Assembly (NCBI GenBank): GCA_947303785.1
Contig: CAMYZH010000002.1
Location: 10,158 to 74,157 of the forward strand
Direction: 5' to 3'
Origin: an uncultured Clostridium sp.
Lineage (GTDB): Bacteria; Bacillota; Clostridia; TANB77; CAG-508
Length of the DNA: 64,000 nt
The notes below the pieces were generated by a model. The model did not search any database, was not told where the DNA came from, and saw only the letters and a program-made list of their open reading frames with translations. Made by a program: the position numbers and the translations under genes. Within the stretch, counting starts at the first letter, position 1. The number at the start of each line of letters is the position of its first letter. Below are positions 12,301 through 19,987 of this stretch, piece after piece.

Positions 12301-15300
12301 CTCTCTAATGTTTCAACTTCTACCGCTTTATATAACCCTTCTGGTAAGTTTAAAGATATTTTACCTGCACTATTTGTTGTGCATACTCCTATTTCATCTC
12401 CATTCAAATCTTTTGCTTTTGTAGAATTTCCTGCATCATCAATTGAATATATTTCAAATTTTACCCCTTCAACAGGATTATTATTTTCATCTACCTTTAA
12501 AATTTCAAATATTGGTGGATCTTCAACACCTATACTAACTTTGGCATTTTGTGTATTAGCATTTTCTATATTTATATCCTTTTTAGTAGTCTCATTTTCA
12601 GTTACTTGTCTAATTCTATCTGAGCCTGAAATAATTTCTACTTCTAAGGTTCCGGATTGATTTCTTGTAGCTCTAAATTTTATTTCTGTTTGATCTAATG
12701 CATATCCATTTGGTGCATATATTTCTTTTAATGTGTATATTGCAGAAATATTTCCTTTTGGATTTCCATTTTTTTCTACATATTCATATAATCCATCTAC
12801 ATTTATTTTTCCATTTTCATCTGTTGTAAGTATAATTCCATTATCTGAAAGTCCATCGCCTTGAAGTAAGAATTGTGCACCTTGTAATGTTATTGGCTCC
12901 TCTCCTTCTTCTTGCTCCGCATATTTTACAACTTCGAAATTATATGTTGGAATTTTTTCATCTTCTACAACTAGATTTACTGTTGGTATTGAATCTTGCA
13001 TTGTTAAATCTGATGATGAAATTATTTCATTATTTTCAAGAATTTGAAGATTAAATTCATTTGTTCCTGATGATACTATTTTAAATCTTATTTTTCCATC
13101 ATTTATATAATATCCATCAGCTCTTATCTCTGTTACTGAATATTCTTCATCTACAAATAGACCAGATGTTGATAATACTCCATTTTCATCAGTTTGCAAA
13201 ATCAGATTATCTATTCCTTTTCCTGATAAGCTAAATTTAACATTTTTTAAGAATTCTTCTCCACCTTTTTTGGTTAACTTTAATTTAGCTTTTACATCAT
13301 CTTCTACTACTAATTGTATTTTGTAATCTGTGCCACGTTGAGCTATAGCACTTGCAGATTTTATCCATGAATATTTTTCTTCAAGTGGAATGTATGTACC
13401 ATCATCATTTTTATATGCTACATGTAAGTTATCATTTTCATCTGTATATGTGTATATTTCTATTTCTTCTTCATTTAGGCAATAATCATCAGTTGTTTTA
13501 TATTCAATAATTTTATATTTTTTTTCAGCAAATAAACCACTTAATTCTAATTTACCATTTTCATCTGTTGTTCTAACTGTTCCAGAATTTGCACCTTCTT
13601 CTGTAATTTTAAATGATATATTAGGTAACTTTTTAGTTGTATTTTTTTGATATTTTTCAATTTCTAAATCATATTGTTTTGCAATCATAAATCCTAATTT
13701 ATTAACTGCTGTAGATGTATAGTATTTTCCAGCATCTGTCATTAATGCAAAATATATTCCATGTTCACTGTATGAGATATCATTATATTCAAGTCCATCT
13801 GGTATGTTAATTTCATATGAAAATGTATGACTTTCTTCTCTTGATAATTTGTAATTTCCAAGTGAAATTGCATATGATTTTATTTCTGACCAATCTGTAA
13901 CTTGATTTGCTTGTACCCAATTATTTGTAGGATCTGTTAAATTATTTGTAGGTTTTTCTTTGGTTGAATAATAGATAGTTGTATATGTTGATATATCTTT
14001 AGTCGTATCTCCTACCACGTCAATAGAAATTCCTCCATCTGACATTGTTGTATCATATTGAGATCCTAAGTCTCCATCTGTTAATATGTATTTATTGCCT
14101 CTAAATGGAATTACACCTTGTATTACTACATCTGTTATATCACTTGTATAATTATTAGTAATATTAACATCAATTGTTGCTTTTCTTTGCTCTTTATCAA
14201 TTTTTGCAACTCTTGGAGCTATTGTAACTTCTTCATCACCTTTTCTAGTTTGTTGACTTGTAAGCAAACTATTAGGTGAAACAAAACTAATGTATAATAC
14301 ATTCCTACTTACTCTTTCTTCTACGTTTCCATTTAAATCTAAATCATATATGTCTTTTGCACTATAGCTTTTTAAATATGAACTTCCTTGCTCATTTTTT
14401 GCATATAGTTCTATTATCTCTGTTTTAGTTTGTAATCTAGGGTTTGGAACTATTGATACATCTACTAATATATTAAATGTTGTTTCTTCATCATTTTCAG
14501 TATCTATCTTTATGAAATAGTTTCCATTTTCTTCATATAGCTCATAATTTGCTATTTCTACATCTGGATTATCTACAGTAATTGAAGTTATTTCTCTTAC
14601 TTCAATTACATCTTCTGGCATTTTTATTAAGAAAGTTCCATTTTTCCATTTTTGTTCATTATAATTGTATGATTCTGTTGATATTTTAAGTACTATGTTT
14701 TCAGGGTTTTCATCTGTTTGTTGTGTTGATACTTGAGCTTTATCTGCACTAATTAGAGCAATTGAATATGGTTGCTCATAATCTGCAGTGGCACTAGTTA
14801 TCTTATTTGTATTATTATCAATACCATATGCTGTTAAATTTGTGTCTATATGTTCTAGTTCTTCAAATCCTGCCATTCCGAAATCATTTGTTATTGCCAA
14901 ATCGTTTAATTCTTTTATATTAACTATTGTTAAAGCACTATGTTCATTAATTTTACTGGTTTTTATTCTAATATGTTTAACTGGATTTTCATACCAGTAT
15001 TCTTCGTTCCAATTACTACTTGTTAATGTAACAATTTCTGTATTTGTATCATCATTATATATTTTTATCCATCCATCTTCACCTAAAAGATCTGATATAC
15101 CTTCAAAATATATTCCAGCATTTGTGGTATAATTTTCCATTGATACTACTGTACCATCTGCTTTAATAAATCTATCTGCTTTTGTATGTTCATTTTTTAT
15201 ATTTTCTGCTAATTCTACTCCATTGTTCTCTTCATCAATAATTCCTGAATGTACAAACCATCTTACTTCATAAAAATCATCATCCTCAGAATCTGATATT

Positions 15301-16613
15301 TCATTTAAAATTTTTAGTGGTTTTGCTTTTGATATTGTTCTTCTTTCATATGGACTATATACTTTTTTTCCAATATATGTTCCAAAGTCAAGTGTTTCTC
15401 CTGAATTTTCAAATATCCACACCGAGGCAAGGGATGTTCTCGCAATATCTGATATATAAGGATTTTCGAATTCACTATTATTATTGTTAAAACCTGTATA
15501 TGTTACCTTCATAGGAATTATTAATTGCACAGATGTAAAACTATCTCCCATTTCAAGGGCCTGTCTCGGATAAGTAACTGTTATTTTCCATTCATTATAT
15601 CTTTTTGATTTATCAACATTATGATAATCATAATATGTTGTGTCATAACATTGTTTTGTAATTAAACCTCTACTATCTACAGTGGCTGTATTACTAGCAT
15701 TAAACACTCCTGTATTTGAGTCAAAATTATAAGTAATATCACTATTTTCAAAAAATAATGACTTTGGTTTAAATCCATTTAGATCTGGTATAATTCCCTC
15801 TATATCGGCACTTGAAAGTAATAATTCATTTGAATTTTCACTAGTTGTTACTGTAAATTCAAGATTAATATCTTCATCTTCTTGCAAATCTTGTTTTCTT
15901 ATTAAATTTTTGATATTACTTACATCAATGGAAGCAGTAGTTTCACCATACCAATCAACATCAAAATTAACAGTTTTGCTAATAGGAGTTTCAACATTAT
16001 CATCAGACACGTGTATACCTGTTAATGTAACAGAATTAACTTTGCTATAGTTGTTTTTATTTTGCTTTAATGCATCAAATATTTTTGTTTTATCAGAATA
16101 ATCACCACTTCTAATAATACCTGTAAATAATCTTTGAGATCCATTTTGAATATTGTTGAATTCAATCACTTTAGTATTATTTGAAATATAATTATTCTTA
16201 ACAACAGAATCCTTTACAATAGCAGTGTTTAAATAAAAATTCTTGCTGTCAATTGTGATAACCCCGTCTTTTAAATATCCATTATCATTTACTCTAAGTT
16301 CAAAGTACATGGTATCTTGCTTACCAATTTCATTACACGTTCCCCTCTTAGCCTCTGCAATTCCATCGCCATTAGTATCCTTCAAAGAAAAGACATCAAA
16401 AGTAACATATTGCGAAGATGTAGCACTCTCTCCTGGTTGTACATCTGCATATGTCATAGACCTTTTCATTTCTGCTGAAAGAACTGATTGAATTTCTTTT
16501 TTATTAGTTTTACTTAAGAATAACGACGATATTATTACCCCTGCCATAATTAACAACAGTAATGCAATGCTTAAAATAATTATCACTTTTCTTTTGAACT
16601 TAGATATTTTCAT
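6357..16613 (-). CDS. Giant LPXTG-anchored multidomain adhesin (about 3418 aa from the RBS-supported start; the track ORF extends to 16646)
   Basis: The ATG at 16613 is preceded by AAAGGAGAG and opens a signal peptide (MKISKFKRKVIIILSIALLLLIMAG). The C-terminus is LPLTGG + hydrophobic helix + KKRFK. There are six ~90-aa repeats starting xxK(V/I/N)W(D/E/N)DN(N/D)N..G(K/R)RP (CnaB-type). There are several SpaA/prealbumin-like modules (TDENGKLELSGL, KLKGAEFTL..EYGKYRLQETNAPEGY). There are three MucBP-like modules (VKHLLW, VEHLIYGT, IVHHYIVGT). A block of repeats of the type DGG(Y/V/L)xxxG...DxxIIK(Y/L)xxxGxxxW looks beta-propeller-like. Confidence 0.9.
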   Translation of the reverse strand: MKISKFKRKVIIILSIALLLLIMAGVIISSLFLSKTNKKEIQSVLSAEMKRSMTYADVQPGESATSSQYVTFDVFSLKDTNGDGIAEAKRGTCNEIGKQDTMYFELRVNDNGYLKDGVITIDSKNFYLNTAIVKDSVVKNNYISNNTKVIEFNNIQNGSQRLFTGIIRSGDYSDKTKIFDALKQNKNNYSKVNSVTLTGIHVSDDNVETPISKTVNFDVDWYGETTASIDVSNIKNLIRKQDLQEDEDINLEFTVTTSENSNELLLSSADIEGIIPDLNGFKPKSLFFENSDITYNFDSNTGVFNASNTATVDSRGLITKQCYDTTYYDYHNVDKSKRYNEWKITVTYPRQALEMGDSFTSVQLIIPMKVTYTGFNNNNSEFENPYISDIARTSLASVWIFENSGETLDFGTYIGKKVYSPYERRTISKAKPLKILNEISDSEDDDFYEVRWFVHSGIIDEENNGVELAENIKNEHTKADRFIKADGTVVSMENYTTNAGIYFEGISDLLGEDGWIKIYNDDTNTEIVTLTSSNWNEEYWYENPVKHIRIKTSKINEHSALTIVNIKELNDLAITNDFGMAGFEELEHIDTNLTAYGIDNNTNKITSATADYEQPYSIALISADKAQVSTQQTDENPENIVLKISTESYNYNEQKWKNGTFLIKMPEDVIEVREITSITVDNPDVEIANYELYEENGNYFIKIDTENDEETTFNILVDVSIVPNPRLQTKTEIIELYAKNEQGSSYLKSYSAKDIYDLDLNGNVEERVSRNVLYISFVSPNSLLTSQQTRKGDEEVTIAPRVAKIDKEQRKATIDVNITNNYTSDITDVVIQGVIPFRGNKYILTDGDLGSQYDTTMSDGGISIDVVGDTTKDISTYTTIYYSTKEKPTNNLTDPTNNWVQANQVTDWSEIKSYAISLGNYKLSREESHTFSYEINIPDGLEYNDISYSEHGIYFALMTDAGKYYTSTAVNKLGFMIAKQYDLEIEKYQKNTTKKLPNISFKITEEGANSGTVRTTDENGKLELSGLFAEKKYKIIEYKTTDDYCLNEEEIEIYTYTDENDNLHVAYKNDDGTYIPLEEKYSWIKSASAIAQRGTDYKIQLVVEDDVKAKLKLTKKGGEEFLKNVKFSLSGKGIDNLILQTDENGVLSTSGLFVDEEYSVTEIRADGYYINDGKIRFKIVSSGTNEFNLQILENNEIISSSDLTMQDSIPTVNLVVEDEKIPTYNFEVVKYAEQEEGEEPITLQGAQFLLQGDGLSDNGIILTTDENGKINVDGLYEYVEKNGNPKGNISAIYTLKEIYAPNGYALDQTEIKFRATRNQSGTLEVEIISGSDRIRQVTENETTKKDINIENANTQNAKVSIGVEDPPIFEILKVDENNNPVEGVKFEIYSIDDAGNSTKAKDLNGDEIGVCTTNSAGKISLNLPEGLYKAVEVETLERFEFDVNEANRTKFFGIGTSKPAESEYGLEWTSSIAKEGWESINSVYPTTDGGVIAAGSFYDQAIINDNEEIQIQSEGYRDGLVIKYSQNGTIEWYKNIGGSDDEDIIEIIQTSDGGYALIGNTQSHGMNIDSSININGVQDGIIIKLDSSGEYEWSKVIGGELDDYIYSINEDSNGNLIITGGYCSSQLLLPNGNSNITISNLGKIDGFVASYSSNGNTLNWYQKITGTNIVRAVDSIQVPSGYVVAVNYIGTINLEKTDVQTQANYESGTEDIVLIWYNSNGTYNKKLRIGGTGNDKISGLINYDGGILAYGEFVGEIDANDNGTNDFSSNGDMDNFLFKYSTNGDFERSNSMTFGGTLDEGLGQVTESGDNLILGGWTYSEGFDIDNNGENEITKSLNNSDSYIIKLDKTSNGYMVDKFYKQAGSNDEEGRTVCTTTDGGLIIAGATSSENFTIESAQDKTITGKGYSDGFVAKYNDILISPEFAKQQQLKFVNEFKKYKITTQLYSVDAQNNYNYDIGGTITGEYGTFETTNYPTNNHIKYVETVKYQEDANNNIVIVPEDRYVITKITINGEKYNFIPDDEGKVTIPAFENIDSNKHIVVELVSDYSQIMVKHLLWTKEDGTTETEVADGYTQTRAIGSQYSTSPIMDLEDYEIITNKDYYGDKTEQQICEILEINSLADINYNSFEEFQNDYYIPQNASGTYKEEPQTIKYYYKEKTYSLQVEHLIYGTNEKVPDIDGNEVETLYTDGYKKYIDDEKTPESKYETTRSDRVDYTIYELVTDSGNTSGTITKDTFVKYYYQKKDAANLIVHHYIVGTENKVPSNTGEFVEDQIYPLDSNETAKIGDEYVTQNAEEKIAQNYRVATNQDVYGDQLPDELTGKENDIYVPENYRGNYTDQVQEVTYYYALVTPEISNNITKTTNKELIITSEEDNQIQYNISYTAVIQKYSGDCTITIIDSLPYEIDTTKNYELDGGEYDNTTKTITWKELVKDVDTYSDANSGNISINKKVVLTYKDISDEEKTIKNIVQASALLIATNTESEEVFDEVEHSFEQKTIISVTKVWEDNDNALGIRPDSVRVRLKATVLNEEAEEVEYEIPRNIPKEVELKNSTGDENGDNWTYKWEGIDKYDDHGNKINYAVEELPLEGNLGIVYKSEVTKDANNSYELFITNTYEKPTEKTFYTVEKIWDDNNNENGRRPDLLRITIHEGDNQEVIAQHELDTNSETSYSFELPKYDELGNEIQYSAQEVEVNENDLLFYVQTNKEVQANKTIFTNTFAVPNIRTSVSVSKVWDDNNNEKGKRPNSIKLVLKEVENERETTIEEYILKVSENENEHIFDDLTKYDQNGNEIKYLIDEEEVNSGDLKFYSKKYEKTGENEYTITNELTDDEKINIEAIKKWNDNNNTNGKRPKSVIIHLMNGTSVVDSKVVSESSNWKTVFENINKYDSNKRQINYSIKEEEVNQNDLYFYTSSGGNVVNTDNNYRATITNTFTVPKDTKEIKVIKNWNDNNNQRLDKIKLVLTGNGKRYEHQLTKANEDKNNTNNWEYTFKDLPKYNEKGEEIQYVLSEEENNPGELKRYIQSTNGYKITNSLIVSDMKIEKNGIDKIYSLTDTINYKIDYEVSINKDYKNKVTIRLEDKLPYKIDLEQKHDLKGGQYSEENQTITWVGNYNQNTNTITWSNGEVEKINLEDNKIKVSKEISFIYKGISIEDNNKTITNIAKGKLELENGYSKEVQDDTNTEIDFNCSITITKVWKGKNINPSPISVKFKYGKESKNILLDYTNSWTYDLGKLDKYDQEGKIIEYSVVEENIPTGFYAKIEKKIPNPEEPNKISFIITNYKFGSISVTKVDKNDESKKLKGAEFTLIKLKEENGKWVEDKSFKALKGITSDTGIIIFSNLEYGKYRLQETNAPEGYKTQDDSIDIELNENNQDYTLKIPNKKNIELPLTGGKGAISVILLGIGFIIVGVIMKKRFK

Positions 16614-16630
16614 TGCTCTCTCCTTTTTTT

Positions 16631-16646
16631 GTGTCAATTGGAACAC
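16631..16646 (+). repeat. Truncated or degenerate REP-like copy
   Basis: GTGTCAATTGGAACAC, directly 5' of a full copy. It generates the spurious N-terminal extension MFQLTQKKER of the track ORF. Confidence 0.6.
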
Positions 16647-16652
16647 CTTTTT

Positions 16653-16681
16653 GTGTCAATTGGGACGCCCTTTTTTGACAC
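16653..16681 (+). repeat. REP-like 29-bp palindromic unit (CCC variant)
   Basis: GTGTCAATTGGGACGCCCTTTTTTGACAC. The terminal 7-8 bp are self-complementary (GTGTCAA/TTGACAC). Confidence 0.85.
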
Positions 16682-16744
16682 ACTTTGTATCATATTTAAG
16701 GAATATCTCTTAAACACTTACCATTTCTTAAATCTATAATTTAT

Positions 16745-16772
16745 ATATTAAATTAGACTATAGACATTTCAA
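16745..16772 (-). promoter_or_regulatory. Candidate sigma-A promoter for the adhesin-sortase unit
   Basis: The minus strand reads TTGAAA-N16-TAATAT about 130 nt upstream of the start. REP-like copies lie in the predicted leader. Confidence 0.3.
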
Positions 16773-16804
16773 TTCACAATTTTTGTTTTTTTTTATACTA
16801 ATTG

Positions 16805-16855
16805 ACAAAAAATAAAAACAAATCCCTAAATATTAGCATTTAAAGATTTGTTTTT
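16805..16855 (-). terminator. Rho-independent terminator downstream of topB
   Basis: Minus strand: AAAAACAAATC-TT-TAAAT-gctaat-ATTTA-GG-GATTTGTTTTT followed by ATTTTTT. Confidence 0.65.
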
Positions 16856-16956
16856 GCTTTATATTATATTTATATTTATTTTAAGTTTATATTTTTTTAC
16901 AAACTTAGTTTTTTCTTACGGATTCAAAAGATTCAAAGATTTCATTTTTCTATTTA

Positions 16957-16985
16957 GTGTCAATATTCTCCGTCCCATTTGACAC
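16957..16985 (-). repeat. REP-like unit (GAG variant)
   Basis: The reverse complement reads GTGTCAAATGGGACGGAGAATATTGACAC. It lies 6 nt after the topB stop. Confidence 0.85.
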
Positions 16986-16990
16986 TAATT

Positions 16991-18889
16991 TTAGTACATT
17001 ACAAGCTTAGATATTTTTTTCTTTATAAAGTTTTCTAATTTTTCCATAAAAACTTCAGGTTCAATTTCTTTTTTCGCAACCATATCTAGTCCTTTTTCCC
17101 AACTTGCAGTAAGATCTGGATTTAACATATCTGGCATTGATGACATTACTACATCATATATCGCTTCTCCCTTTTCAGTAGGTGTTATTATCTGCGTTTT
17201 GGGATTAATTGCTATATACTGAATTCTTTCAAGTTTTTTCATTATTTCTGCTCTTGTTGCACTAGTTCCTATTCCTGCTCCTTTTATTTGTTCTCTTAAG
17301 GCTTCATCTTCAATTAGCTTTCCTGCATTTTCCATTGCTAAAATCATAGAACCTGAGTTATATCTTGTTGGAGGTGACGTTTCTGCTTCCTTAATCTCTA
17401 GTTGAGCTACTGGAATTTTTTCTCCCTTTTTAAGTTTCATTAAAAGTTCCATGTTACTTTCTTTTTCTTCTACTTCACCCTTTAATACATCTAAATATCC
17501 TCGGTTAATGCAAACCTTTTCACTTGCAGAAAATTCTTCTTCTTCAATTTTTACACATACTGAAATTTTATTAAATTCTGCTGGTGGATAAAAAATTGCT
17601 AGAAATCTTTTTACAATAGTTAAATAGATGTTTTTCTTTAATTCTGATAAACCATCATAATTTTCAAATCCTTGGCCTGTCGGAATTATTGCATAGTGAT
17701 CTGTTATTTTTGAATCATTTACATATTTTGTTTTAGTTAAATCAGTAGGGTATTTCTCTTCTGATATTTTTTTTAATATACCTTGAACTTCTTGATTTTT
17801 TAGGCCTTTGGCAAGTCCATTTAAGTTTTTTGTAATAACCTTAGCAATCGCTGTAGATAAAACTCTTGCATCTGTTCTTGGATATGTCACTAATTTTTTT
17901 TCATATAATTCTTGTATTATTTCTAATGTTTCATCTGGCTTAATTTTAAACTTTTTTGTAGCTTCATTTTGTATTTCTGCTAAATTAAACAAAAGTGGCG
18001 CATTTTCTTTCTGCTTTGCCTTTTTGATGTTCTCAATAATTGCATCTTTTCCAGCTAAGCTTGCTATAAAAGCTTTGGCATCTGCTTCTTTTTTAAAACC
18101 GCTTTCATTATATAGCTTAGGAGATTCAAACACTTTTGATTTTTCTGATGCTTTCCATTCTGCCTTAAAAGAAGATTCTTCTCCAAATTCTCCTATTATT
18201 TTATAGTATTTTGTTTTTTTAAAATTTCTAATTTCACGCTCTCTTGAAACCACCATTCCTAAAACACATGTCATAACCCTTCCAACTGAAATAGAAACTT
18301 TTTCTTCATTTATTTTAGTTGCTACACGCCTTCCAAAAATTATTGACAATAATCTTGAAAAATTTATCCCTATCAAATAATCTTCTTTTGCTCTCAAATA
18401 TGCAGAATCTGCTAAACTATCATAATAACTTAGTTCTTTTGCCTCTTTAATACCCTTTAATATTTCCTCTTCTGTTTGAGAATCAATCCATACACGCTTC
18501 ATTTGTGCATTAGGATTAGGCTCTGCCATCATAAATACAAGTCTTTGAATGTATTCTCCTTCACGTCCAGAGTCACCAGCATTATATATTTCAGAAATAT
18601 CTTCCCTTTGCATCAGTCCCTTAATAATATTAAATTGATTCGCCACTTGAGGAATAATCTCATACTTCCATTCATGAGGAATAAAAGGAAGAGTATCTAA
18701 TCTCCATTTTTTAAGATTTTCATCATATTTTTCAGGATATGACATAGTAACCAAATGTCCCACACACCAAGTAATAATCCACTCATCAGATTCAAGATAC
18801 CCATTTTTTCTAGTTGTATTTATTTTAAGCGCCTTAGCAAATTCCATCGCTACACTAGGCTTTTCTGTAATTAATAATTTTTTTGCCAT
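16991..18889 (-). CDS. topB: DNA topoisomerase III (type IA)
   Basis: MAKKLLITEKPSVAMEFAKALK...WCVGHLV and the type IA core are present throughout. The start at 18889 is preferred (GAGG 9 nt upstream) over the track start at 18925. Confidence 0.9.
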   Translation of the reverse strand: MAKKLLITEKPSVAMEFAKALKINTTRKNGYLESDEWIITWCVGHLVTMSYPEKYDENLKKWRLDTLPFIPHEWKYEIIPQVANQFNIIKGLMQREDISEIYNAGDSGREGEYIQRLVFMMAEPNPNAQMKRVWIDSQTEEEILKGIKEAKELSYYDSLADSAYLRAKEDYLIGINFSRLLSIIFGRRVATKINEEKVSISVGRVMTCVLGMVVSREREIRNFKKTKYYKIIGEFGEESSFKAEWKASEKSKVFESPKLYNESGFKKEADAKAFIASLAGKDAIIENIKKAKQKENAPLLFNLAEIQNEATKKFKIKPDETLEIIQELYEKKLVTYPRTDARVLSTAIAKVITKNLNGLAKGLKNQEVQGILKKISEEKYPTDLTKTKYVNDSKITDHYAIIPTGQGFENYDGLSELKKNIYLTIVKRFLAIFYPPAEFNKISVCVKIEEEEFSASEKVCINRGYLDVLKGEVEEKESNMELLMKLKKGEKIPVAQLEIKEAETSPPTRYNSGSMILAMENAGKLIEDEALREQIKGAGIGTSATRAEIMKKLERIQYIAINPKTQIITPTEKGEAIYDVVMSSMPDMLNPDLTASWEKGLDMVAKKEIEPEVFMEKLENFIKKKISKLVMY

Positions 18890-18955
18890 TGGTAAAACCT
18901 CTACTTTAAAACATCTCTTGCTCATTATATAATAATAAATTATTAAATTGCAATA

Positions 18956-18984
18956 GTGTCAATTGGGACGGAGCATTTTGACAC
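18956..18984 (+). repeat. REP-like unit (GAG variant)
   Basis: GTGTCAATTGGGACGGAGCATTTTGACAC in the topB leader, inverted relative to the copy at 16957. Confidence 0.85.
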
Positions 18985-19094
18985 ACTTTTTTTCAGGTTA
19001 TTATGATAAGATTTAGCATTGTCCTCACATAAATATAAAATAAAAAAAGAAAAGACTGTTGAACAAAATATTTTTATATACTTTGTCAACAATC

Positions 19095-19121
19095 TGAAAA
19101 AAAGATAACTTCCGTTATCTT
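19095..19121 (-). terminator. Rho-independent terminator after the cohesin-protein gene
   Basis: Minus strand: AAGATAAC-GGAA-GTTATCTT followed by TTTTTTCAG. Confidence 0.75.
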
Positions 19122-19138
19122 TTTTCTAAATAAATATA

Positions 19139-19915
19139 TTAACTTAATTTTTTATAATTAATAAATGAAATAATTCCTAATACTGCAATTATTAGCATAA
19201 GTGGAACCACATATCCTTCTGCTCCTGTATATGGAACTGCTTCATTTTTTATTGTTGTTGTATTTGATTTAGGTTCATTTACAACTGTATTATTAAGAAC
19301 TCTATTATTTACTACATTGTTTGCTACATTTCCATTACTTCCTGATGGACTTGCTGATGAGCTAGCTGATGGACTAGCCGATGGACTTGTAGATGGGCTT
19401 GCTGATGGACTTGGATTTAAACCACCTGATGTAGAACTAATACTGATATTTGTAGTAATATCAGAAATTTTAACTTCTTCTGATAAAGTAGAATTTGCAG
19501 CTGCAATAGATTTTAATTTAATTGCTGTAGTTGTAACACTTGTATTTTCCTTAACTTTAAATGTCATTGTAAATACATCCTGATCCGCTGTAACAACTTC
19601 TGCTCTATCAATTGCTAATTTATATGTATCTTCATTATATGTAACAGACCAGTTATTAAGTCCTGTTACATTTGCTTTTGGTAAATCTAACACATCAGAA
19701 TCATAGTCCAATGTAGCAGTTATTGCATTTATTCCACCTTCAACATTAATTCCTGATATTTTAAAAGTAACTTTTACATCTGAACCTTTCGAAACTCTAG
19801 AATTGGTAGGTGTTAAACTTGCTGAAAAAGAACCAGCCGCAAATGTGTTCCCTATTGTTACAATAACTAGCATAATAGCAATAAGTATTGTAACTAAAAT
19901 TTTTCTATTATTCAT
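19139..19915 (-). CDS. Cell-wall-anchored cohesin-like domain protein (small scaffoldin)
   Basis: Signal peptide (..GNTFA/AG). Cohesin-like module (VKVTFKISGINVEGGINAITATLDYDSDVLDL...WSVTYNEDTYKLAID). S/P linker (SPSASPSTSPSASPSASSSASPSGS). C-terminal VPYTG + TM helix + KKLS sorting-signal architecture. RBS AAAAGGAGAG. Confidence 0.7.
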   Translation of the reverse strand: MNNRKILVTILIAIMLVIVTIGNTFAAGSFSASLTPTNSRVSKGSDVKVTFKISGINVEGGINAITATLDYDSDVLDLPKANVTGLNNWSVTYNEDTYKLAIDRAEVVTADQDVFTMTFKVKENTSVTTTAIKLKSIAAANSTLSEEVKISDITTNISISSTSGGLNPSPSASPSTSPSASPSASSSASPSGSNGNVANNVVNNRVLNNTVVNEPKSNTTTIKNEAVPYTGAEGYVVPLMLIIAVLGIISFINYKKLS

Positions 19916-19943
19916 CTAATCTCTCCTTTTATCAATCTATTAT

Positions 19944-19972
19944 ATTATAACTCGTTTAAGATTTTACGTCAA
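19944..19972 (-). promoter_or_regulatory. Near-consensus sigma-A promoter for the cohesin-protein gene
   Basis: The minus strand reads TTGACG-N17-TATAAT, 29 nt upstream of the ATG at 19915. Confidence 0.7.
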
Positions 19973-19987
19973 CCCCTTTTTAAGCAA

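Noticed and set aside
16614-16646. The longer N-termini given by the track for the adhesin (16646), topB (18925), UDG (27716), the protease (22297) and the 62231 ORF
   Set aside because: The extensions have no RBS, several are read out of REP-like elements, and downstream ATGs have good Shine-Dalgarno spacing and sensible N-termini.
16916-16922. TCCGTAA as the -10 element of a SigD-type (GCCGATAA) or ECF-type (CGTA/CGTC) promoter
   Set aside because: No consistent -35 element (TAAA or GAAAC) occurs at the required spacing in the five copies. In the two giant loci a good sigma-A promoter lies 42-50 nt downstream instead.
19050-19095. TTGACA-containing imperfect hairpin upstream of topB as its promoter
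   Set aside because: No acceptable -10 hexamer occurs at 16-18 nt, so it was left unannotated.
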